A stretch of DNA of 64,000 nt, taken from a virus (taxonomy: Duplodnaviria; Caudoviricetes). The notes under the pieces are model-generated. The model was not told where the DNA came from. It did not search any database and saw only the letters and a program-made list of their open reading frames with translations. Where the stretch lies: positions 64,001 through 128,000 of IMG/VR virus record IMGVR_UViG_3300031993_006627; one strand, written 5' to 3'. Positions 27,928-35,507 of the stretch are shown piece after piece; within the stretch, counting starts at the first letter, position 1, and every line of letters starts with the position of its first letter. The position numbers and the translations under genes were made by a program.

Positions 27928-28698
27928 ATGACATACACCGAGTCCTACATCAAGAAGACGGCAGTAGAAGAAATGCCGTCCGATTACCAGCTTATTGGCC
28001 AGAAACTGAAGGAAGGTAATTCCGCAGTTTCCAGCGCTATGTCCACGCCTGTTGCAGCGGAAGTCGGCTGGGGTCTTATTGGCGCAGGGCTCGGTGCAAC
28101 TGGTGCTTATTTCCTGTCCAAGAAGCTCAGGCGGGACGCGACAAGGCGTCAGCGGGCTCTTGATATCGTGATCGGAGCCATTACCGGTCTTGCCGGCAGT
28201 CAGCTTATTCTCAGCGGCGGTGCTGATGAGAGCGGTCTTTCTACGAGAGGCCGCATGCGTGCTGATGCTTACCTGGAATCCATCAACAAGGGCGACAGGG
28301 ATCACAATAAGAAATACCCAGTCACTGAGCCGTTTGATCTGAACAAGGGAACCATTGGCGGTGCTGCCGGTGGTGCTTTCACAGGCGGTACGATTGGAGC
28401 CATGTTCGGGAATCTTGATACAGTTATGGCAAACAGAGCTAGTAAGAAACAGATGGCACTTGCCACAGCGCAGGCGGCTTCTGCGAAAATGGCCCCAGAT
28501 AAAGCGGCGGATTACATCAGCCGGTACATGAATCAGGGTCGCGGCCACAATGCTGTTGAAAGAGCTCGCCAGATGGGCAAGGGATTCAATATCGGCGTCG
28601 GAGGCATCATCGGCGGTGCCGGTGGATTTGGTCTTGGTGTTCTTGGCAACATGTACGCCAGGAACAAGGAAATGCAGGAATACGGTGGTGGATTCTAA
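27928..28698 (+). CDS. Putative virion glycine-zipper protein
   Basis: Leader MTYTESYIKKTA; four Gly-rich hydrophobic segments. Confidence 0.55.
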   Translation: MTYTESYIKKTAVEEMPSDYQLIGQKLKEGNSAVSSAMSTPVAAEVGWGLIGAGLGATGAYFLSKKLRRDATRRQRALDIVIGAITGLAGSQLILSGGADESGLSTRGRMRADAYLESINKGDRDHNKKYPVTEPFDLNKGTIGGAAGGAFTGGTIGAMFGNLDTVMANRASKKQMALATAQAASAKMAPDKAADYISRYMNQGRGHNAVERARQMGKGFNIGVGGIIGGAGGFGLGVLGNMYARNKEMQEYGGGF

Positions 28699-28707
28699 GG
28701 AGTGCAT

Positions 28708-30555
28708 ATGAGAACCACTCTGGGCAGAGAACTCATACGGCAGAAGCTGCCGGACAAATTCAAATCCTATGCGGATCAGGTGCTGGATAAAAAGAAGCTC
28801 ACGGAGCTGATGACAAACCTGGCTCAGTATGATCCGGACGCTTACGTCGACATCCTGCAGGACTTGAATAATCTCAGTCAGACCGTCGTGTCCCTCTATG
28901 GCAGGAACACGGCTTTACCATTTGAGGACATCAAGGTTTCCAAAGGGATCAAGAGCCTGAACGCCCAGCTTCGCGCTGTCGTGGATAATGTTCTGAACGA
29001 CGACCGGCTGACTTCCGAGCAGAAGGAAAAGAAGATCACCGATCTCTGCTACAAATATACCAAGAAGGTAGAGGATGCCGTTTTCGCGGACAATGACCGC
29101 CGGCGCACTGCCTTTGCTTCCCAGATCAATTCCGGTTCCCGTGGCAATAAGACCCAGCTGATGCAGATGCAGTTCGGCAACATGGGTATGAAAGACGCCC
29201 TGAACCGTGATATGCCTTATATGATGATCGACCCGTATGCTCTGGGTGCATCCCCGATGGGATATTGGGTCAGCGCATCCTCCGGCCGAAAAGGTTACTA
29301 CGACGTCCAGGCGGCAACCGGTCAGTCCGGTTATCTTGGCAAACGCGTGACAGCGGCCACCCATGATACCGTGATCTCTGAAGATGACTGCGGTACAACT
29401 GACACTGGTATCCCATATCCTGCGAACGATAGCAAGAACGTGGGTGCTGTGCTTCTTCGCCCCTGGCATAGTTATCCGGCTGGCACAGTCGTGACGGATA
29501 AGATGGTAGGCGAAGCCGATGAGGACGAGGAGATGATCCTGCGCAGCCCGATTACCTGCAAAAGCAAGACGGGTGTCTGTGCCAAGTGCAGCGGCCTCGG
29601 TGAGAATGGTAAGTTCCCTGGAATCGGCGAGTATGTTCCAATGAATGCTGCTCGTTCCTTCGTGGAAGTCATCACCCAGGCTGGGGTTGGAAGCAAACAT
29701 CGCGGGGGTGTTGGCGGACGCAAGGTCGAGGATCCGGAAGGCGAAGATCAGCCTACTGGTTTCCGAGCAGTGGAACGTATGTTCACGACGCCGAAGAATT
29801 TCCCCGGTGGCGCAGTGCTTGCTCCTGTGGACGGCATCGTGACAAACATCGCCAAGGCCGCCCAGGGTGGCAATTATATCACGGTTGGCAGCAAAACCGT
29901 GTATGCTTCTCCGGCTCGTACCGTGAAGGTCAAGGTCGGTGACAAGCTGACTGCCGGCGACATCCTGACGAATGGTGTCCCGAACCCTGCCGAGATCGTC
30001 TCGTACAAGGGTCTCGGAGAAGGTCGCCGGTATTTCACCAACAAGCTGAACCAGGTTCTCAATGACCAGGGCTGGGGAACTGACAGGCGCAACATCGAGT
30101 CCTTCTCCAGAGCGTTCTTGAACAAGGTCGAGATCACTGACCCGGACGGGTTTGGAAACTATCTCCCTGGAGATATCGTGGACTACAGCGGTATTGCCGC
30201 AGAGTGGGAGCCCCGCAAGGATTCCGTGACGACCAAGGCCGACAAGGCCATGAACATGTATCTTGAAAAACCAGTATTGTACTACAGCGTGGGAACACGG
30301 ATTACGCCCGAAGTGGCAAGCACGCTGAAGAAGTACAAATTCGACGACGTTGTCGTATCAGACAAGGAGCCTCCTTTCTCGGCCAAGTTCATGCGGCCGG
30401 CCGAAGCGCTGCAGCACAGCAAGTACTGGCTGCCTCGTTTCGCCGGCGAACGTCTGCGCGACAGCTTGTTCGATGCGGCACAGCAGGGAATCACTGATCC
30501 CTATGACTCACCAAGTTATGTAGACAAAATAGTGGCACAGCCATTCAAACCATAA
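28708..30555 (+). CDS. rpoC: Phage RNA polymerase beta' C-terminal fragment
   Basis: SGSRGN; bridge helix GRKGYYDVQAATGQSGYLGKRV; EDDCGT; LRSPITC..GVCAKC Zn site; trigger loop TQAGVGSKHRGG; AAGGAG SD before ATG 28708. Confidence 0.9.
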   Translation: MRTTLGRELIRQKLPDKFKSYADQVLDKKKLTELMTNLAQYDPDAYVDILQDLNNLSQTVVSLYGRNTALPFEDIKVSKGIKSLNAQLRAVVDNVLNDDRLTSEQKEKKITDLCYKYTKKVEDAVFADNDRRRTAFASQINSGSRGNKTQLMQMQFGNMGMKDALNRDMPYMMIDPYALGASPMGYWVSASSGRKGYYDVQAATGQSGYLGKRVTAATHDTVISEDDCGTTDTGIPYPANDSKNVGAVLLRPWHSYPAGTVVTDKMVGEADEDEEMILRSPITCKSKTGVCAKCSGLGENGKFPGIGEYVPMNAARSFVEVITQAGVGSKHRGGVGGRKVEDPEGEDQPTGFRAVERMFTTPKNFPGGAVLAPVDGIVTNIAKAAQGGNYITVGSKTVYASPARTVKVKVGDKLTAGDILTNGVPNPAEIVSYKGLGEGRRYFTNKLNQVLNDQGWGTDRRNIESFSRAFLNKVEITDPDGFGNYLPGDIVDYSGIAAEWEPRKDSVTTKADKAMNMYLEKPVLYYSVGTRITPEVASTLKKYKFDDVVVSDKEPPFSAKFMRPAEALQHSKYWLPRFAGERLRDSLFDAAQQGITDPYDSPSYVDKIVAQPFKP

Positions 30556-30566
30556 GAGGTAACGAC

Positions 30567-32825
30567 ATGCAGAGTTTGATTGTCCGAAACGGACTCATGA
30601 AGAAAACAGCTGAAGAAGGTCTCTCCTTCGAGCAGCAGTTCGGAATCCTTACCAACTCCCTGATCGTCGAGAAGCTGCCCAGCCTCGACAACATGAAGCT
30701 GGCATTCCAGGTGATCGAGAAGTCCGATGATGATACCAAAGCGTGCGGCGCTGCCGTTTACCTCATTGGGGACAACGTCATCTTCGTGCCCGCATTCTTC
30801 AAGCAGAACAAGATCCAGACTGGCGACATGATGTTTATCGCCCAGACGCAGCAGTTCCTGCCGCTGTCGGATGCCTGGGTTGCGTGGCTGCGTGACAAGG
30901 ATCTCAAGACTCCTGGAAAACTGGTCCCGATGGAAGTGGCTCCGGAAGGTGGCTCCTCCAAAGCGACCACGATCCGTGATATGGCGGATCCGATCACCAA
31001 GACCGCTTCCCAGCAGATTCCTAGACCGTCTGACAAGATTCTTGGACTGTACGTCTGGGAGAAGACGGCTGCTCAGGCGGAAGAACAGATGGTAAAGACA
31101 GTCAATCGCATTGCTCCAGTTTTCATGCGTGGGCTTCTGTATCTTGATCCGGATATGCATAAGACCGCTTCTGATTGCGCCTCCATTCTGGATGTTTCTC
31201 TGCATATGGGCAAAACGGTTGCAGAAAGCATGATCAACAAGATGGTCAAAGATGCGAACTTCCTGAATGCTACGATGGTGTTCTATACGCCAGAAGAAGT
31301 GAACAAGTTTGCCAAGCAGGCAGCGGTCATGGAAGAGGCTGAGAATACTCCTACCGTGGAGCTCATCCTCCCGCTGACCAAGGAAGCCAAGACGCTCAAT
31401 GCCCAGGAACTGAAAGCTCTGCACAAGGATGGGTTCTTCATCCGCAAAGTTGCCGATGTCTCCATGGGTGAATCCCCGGATGTTATCCGCAAGAAACAGC
31501 TCGACGGCATGTTCCGCGTTCTGAATGGACCGGGTAAAGCCGGCCTGCTCAAGGTGAACGGCTCCATTTCGAAGCATGTGGTTCTCCCGCTGATCGACAA
31601 CAGGGAGCCATGGCGCCAGTGCATCCGCTCTGCAAATATCCCGGCGAATCTCGCCATGCACCAGAATCACATGGTCGTCATTACCGACGGCAAGTACACT
31701 GAACTTCCCATCGACGTTATGCACAACCAGGAGGAGTTCGAGGAGTGGAAGCCGGAGATGGCTGAAGGCATCGGCAAGGTTCTCAAGAATACCAACTTCA
31801 AGCAGGTTGGCTGGCATGACATCGTTCTGGTTCCATCCTCCGGTTATGCTTACTGTGTCCCGGATACCTGCTGCGATGGTCCGATGATTTACAGCGTGGC
31901 GGCGGAAGATGCCGGGCTGAAAGCACCGATCATCACGATGTCTTCTGTGGTCGTCCCATACGGCAGCCACCTCATCGAACAGAAGGGTGCGCGTGTGGAG
32001 AAAATGACAGATTCCGGCAGTGTCAAGGATACAGTGGATAAGAACGAAGAAGCGACCAGTCCTGCTAATGCTTCCTCGGTTCCATACGCCACGATCAATA
32101 CCTTTGATGCGTTCCTCGGCGCTTACATTGACAAGCGTTACCACAAGACCCGTGTCTACAACAACGGCAGCGAATTTGTCATCTCCGGCGACAAGTCAGA
32201 TGGTCAACCGCAGGCTCTCAAGGAAGCGGCGCTGCATCTGGTGCAGGCGTATGATATCGAGCCGGCGGTCGCCAAGATCATGCTGAAGGAAGCATCCAAC
32301 GGCGCGACCTACAACAATCCGAAATCGCTGACCTACTACATCGAGAAGAAGGGAGCCTTCGAAGGCGAATACTCTGACCCGGAACCCACCATCGGCTCTG
32401 ACAAGATCATGCAGACTCCTCCGCAAATCTCTATGCGCGAGATGCCCACCATCCTGGAAGATCCGGCCAATCTGGAACAGGCGATCACGAATGCTGCCAA
32501 TAACGGCATCAAGGAAGTGTTCGACATCACAGCGCTCAAGATCCTTGCCCGCCAGAACCATTTCTTCGACGAGATCCGTGACGACATTCCAGGCTTCATG
32601 AAGACACTCGACAGCCTTTGCCGCAAGCTCTTCCAGTTCTACTGGCACACAGAGAAGATGGAAGAGAAGTATGGTACAGTCAAGCTGAAAGCACTTGAGG
32701 ACAGTCTCAAGTGCACACTCGACAGCCTGTCTGACCTGACCATCTTCTTCAAGGTCCGCACGGTCGATGGAACACAGTCCACCGGCGACGTCACAGGAGA
32801 CCTGATGTCCGGACAGATGCTGTAA
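30567..32825 (+). CDS. Large putative head/core protein with many K-x-A motifs
   Basis: KKTAE, TKTAS, EKTAA, HKTAS, AKQAA, RKVAD. Confidence 0.6.
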   Translation: MQSLIVRNGLMKKTAEEGLSFEQQFGILTNSLIVEKLPSLDNMKLAFQVIEKSDDDTKACGAAVYLIGDNVIFVPAFFKQNKIQTGDMMFIAQTQQFLPLSDAWVAWLRDKDLKTPGKLVPMEVAPEGGSSKATTIRDMADPITKTASQQIPRPSDKILGLYVWEKTAAQAEEQMVKTVNRIAPVFMRGLLYLDPDMHKTASDCASILDVSLHMGKTVAESMINKMVKDANFLNATMVFYTPEEVNKFAKQAAVMEEAENTPTVELILPLTKEAKTLNAQELKALHKDGFFIRKVADVSMGESPDVIRKKQLDGMFRVLNGPGKAGLLKVNGSISKHVVLPLIDNREPWRQCIRSANIPANLAMHQNHMVVITDGKYTELPIDVMHNQEEFEEWKPEMAEGIGKVLKNTNFKQVGWHDIVLVPSSGYAYCVPDTCCDGPMIYSVAAEDAGLKAPIITMSSVVVPYGSHLIEQKGARVEKMTDSGSVKDTVDKNEEATSPANASSVPYATINTFDAFLGAYIDKRYHKTRVYNNGSEFVISGDKSDGQPQALKEAALHLVQAYDIEPAVAKIMLKEASNGATYNNPKSLTYYIEKKGAFEGEYSDPEPTIGSDKIMQTPPQISMREMPTILEDPANLEQAITNAANNGIKEVFDITALKILARQNHFFDEIRDDIPGFMKTLDSLCRKLFQFYWHTEKMEEKYGTVKLKALEDSLKCTLDSLSDLTIFFKVRTVDGTQSTGDVTGDLMSGQML

Positions 32826-32845
32826 TCCAGCATAAGGAGGTATCC

Positions 32846-33766
32846 ATGTCCGAAACAGCCGCACCGACAGTCGAGGTGCTGGAAGATATGCCGGAAATCC
32901 CGGCAGAAAGAACTCCCTCTTGTACCAGGGAGTTCTTTCTGCGTCCACCGGACTGGAGATACCAGGCGGCTGTGCGGTATCTCAATGATGAGAAGCATGG
33001 TATCACTCCGACGATCCCGACGGATTCCTATGTCCAGTATGCCATCCGGATTCTCCGTGCATACCAGCGAGCCGGTACCAGAGTGTATCTGGAAACGCTG
33101 GCCCCGGATGCTGTGTCAGTCATCATTCTCGGTGTCTATAACAAACACTCAGCTATCACGGCCGACATCGAGGGTTGCCTTATCAACGGTACTACCACGG
33201 AAGCAGCCAGGTTCGAGGGCTTTTATGTAAAGCCGGCTGTGTTCGATCTCTACGCCAAGATCTTCTGCGACCTGTCCGGTATTCAGGCGGTTCATTCCTG
33301 GATTCATGACTTCTTGATCGAGCCGGAGCGCTACAATGAGAACACCACGCTGCTGAAAGCCAGGCTGCTTGCCTACTACGGCGGCCAGAAGCTCGGTGGT
33401 GCAGCTGCCATCACCGGTTATGTCGATGATGATACGCAGTCGATGATGAAAAAGATCGCCAATAATGAGCAGCTGAAGCGCATTTTCGAGTACATTGTCC
33501 GTTCGACAGACATGAACAATGAGGACTATGTCGCGATCATGGAAAGTGCCGTTAAAAGTATGACGGAGAAAGATTTTCAGGAGCACATGCGCGACAGGGA
33601 CGAGGCTGGATCGAGCTCTTTGAACGAGATGGCGGAGCACCTGGAAGAAGGCATTAGAGCTTATAGTCAGAAGGAACTGGAATCGTTCAACCAGAACGGC
33701 CTGGACTTCGTTAATCAATATACACCAGTGATAATCCGAAAGGAAACTACGGATGATGGAAAATAA
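32846..33766 (+). CDS. Hypothetical phage structural-region protein
   Basis: AAGGAGG SD; coupled to the next gene. Confidence 0.7.
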   Translation: MSETAAPTVEVLEDMPEIPAERTPSCTREFFLRPPDWRYQAAVRYLNDEKHGITPTIPTDSYVQYAIRILRAYQRAGTRVYLETLAPDAVSVIILGVYNKHSAITADIEGCLINGTTTEAARFEGFYVKPAVFDLYAKIFCDLSGIQAVHSWIHDFLIEPERYNENTTLLKARLLAYYGGQKLGGAAAITGYVDDDTQSMMKKIANNEQLKRIFEYIVRSTDMNNEDYVAIMESAVKSMTEKDFQEHMRDRDEAGSSSLNEMAEHLEEGIRAYSQKELESFNQNGLDFVNQYTPVIIRKETTDDGK

Positions 33767-35495
33767 AATCTCCCACGAGGACGAGCGCAAGTTGACGAAT
33801 GCCATCGAATCGGCTGTCACGCTTGCCAACAATGATGAGTCCCGCAACAGAAGTGCCACACTTGCCGGCCAACTGAAGGAAGCTGGTGTTGATTCCCGTT
33901 TTGCCAAAGTTGCGGCCGCTGCTTTCAACAAGCGCCTTACGGTGCTGACCTTCAAGAAGACAGCAGATGAGCACAAGGCCGATCCTTTCGAACTGGCAGA
34001 CGGCGACAAGGTGCTGGAGCTGATGACAGGTGAATCCCTGGAAAAAGCTGCCAGTGCCGAGCCTGTTTTCGAGATTTCCTTCCAGAATACTACACCGGCT
34101 ATGCAAAAGGCGGCTTCTGCGGAAACCAGGTTTTCCCGTCCGCTGTACGAAGACACAGTTCGTTACCAGGCACTCGTGTCTCATATCGAAAGTGTCATGG
34201 AGAAGAACGCTGCAGCTCTGCAGGATATCGTGTATGCGCATGATGACGAGCAGTGGAAAGCTGATACGCTGGCCACGGAGCTTGCCGATTACTTCATGAA
34301 GAGCGCCTGTGCTTCTTTCGAATTTGACACGCTGGTGAACGCTTACGGCGACCGGTTCAAGAACGCCATTGCGGACAAATTGCCGGAGTCTACGGAATTT
34401 ACCAAGACTGCCAGTGGTGCGATCACCCCGGATACTCCGCTGTATCGGAAGGCTTCCGCTATGATCGCTGCACACGAGAACGCAGAATCGCTGAAGAAGT
34501 CCCTGGAATACTACGGCGCCGGTCTCAGTCAATTCTGCAAAGCGGCTGCCGATCTTGGCGATCTCATCCAGAAGCTGGAACTCGGTATTGCCAAGAAAGC
34601 TGCTGCAGACATCGGAAAAGAATATCTGTCGGAGCTTGGTATGCTGCTTCCGGCCGGCGTCCGGTCTGCAACTGATTTTATGACAGGTGCCGTGAATGAC
34701 ATCACGGATACCTCCAGGAATGCGCTTACCAACGCATACGCTCTGTACCGTGCGGGCAACTCCGCACACATGGCGCCGAATGAGATCCTGGATGCAGAAT
34801 TCCTGACGAAGGATCGCTACAGAGATCGTCTCCTTGGCTGGTCCGATATGACCGCTGATCCTCAGTTTGCCATGTATCCGGCGGAGCAGGTGTTCCTCGC
34901 CACGCAGAAAGCGATGGACATGGATACTACTCTGGAACGCCCGGACAAGCGCGAATTCCTTCGTGCTTATGTTGCGCAGCTCCTGGCGCAGAACAACAGA
35001 TTCTCTACCGCTGATGTTGCGGCTCTTGCCCAGACACTTCGCGGATTCACTTCTGCTGATGGTCACGGTATTACCCAGCTGGCAGTCAATGATGTCAAGC
35101 AGATTGATGAGAAGAAAGCACCTGAACTCCCGACACTCACTCCGCTTATTGGTGAAAAAGCCAATGTAAAGGAAAGGAAGGGGTCTGTCTGGGATGATGT
35201 TGAGAAATCCCAGAAAGCCTTCGACGAGGCTGCAGGCAAGAAGGACAAGGAGAAGAGCGAGACCAAGGAGAACGCCGAGAAAAGCAAGAGCGATAAGGCG
35301 AAGGCGCTCGCAGATGCCAGAACCGCCCGTAACCAGTTCCTCACTGGTGTCATGAATATCGCGATTGGCATAGGACCCAAGGGTGAGCTCACATATACCC
35401 CAGCCGGAGCAACGAAGGGACTCAGCCAGAAGGAAATTGATGCAATTCTTGCCAACGCGGAGAAAGCCAACCTTGTTCCCGGTCTTCCAGTGTAA
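33753..35495 (+). CDS. Putative head core protein with many K-x-A motifs
   Basis: KKTAD, EKAAS, QKAAS, MKSAC, TKTAS, KKAAA. Confidence 0.6.
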   Translation: MMENKISHEDERKLTNAIESAVTLANNDESRNRSATLAGQLKEAGVDSRFAKVAAAAFNKRLTVLTFKKTADEHKADPFELADGDKVLELMTGESLEKAASAEPVFEISFQNTTPAMQKAASAETRFSRPLYEDTVRYQALVSHIESVMEKNAAALQDIVYAHDDEQWKADTLATELADYFMKSACASFEFDTLVNAYGDRFKNAIADKLPESTEFTKTASGAITPDTPLYRKASAMIAAHENAESLKKSLEYYGAGLSQFCKAAADLGDLIQKLELGIAKKAAADIGKEYLSELGMLLPAGVRSATDFMTGAVNDITDTSRNALTNAYALYRAGNSAHMAPNEILDAEFLTKDRYRDRLLGWSDMTADPQFAMYPAEQVFLATQKAMDMDTTLERPDKREFLRAYVAQLLAQNNRFSTADVAALAQTLRGFTSADGHGITQLAVNDVKQIDEKKAPELPTLTPLIGEKANVKERKGSVWDDVEKSQKAFDEAAGKKDKEKSETKENAEKSKSDKAKALADARTARNQFLTGVMNIAIGIGPKGELTYTPAGATKGLSQKEIDAILANAEKANLVPGLPV

Positions 35496-35507
35496 GGAGA
35501 TCTCACC

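Noticed and set aside
14164-30555. Host chromosomal rpoB/rpoC operon
   Set aside because: No ribosomal protein, nusG or secE context; genes are split, minimised and interleaved with virion genes.
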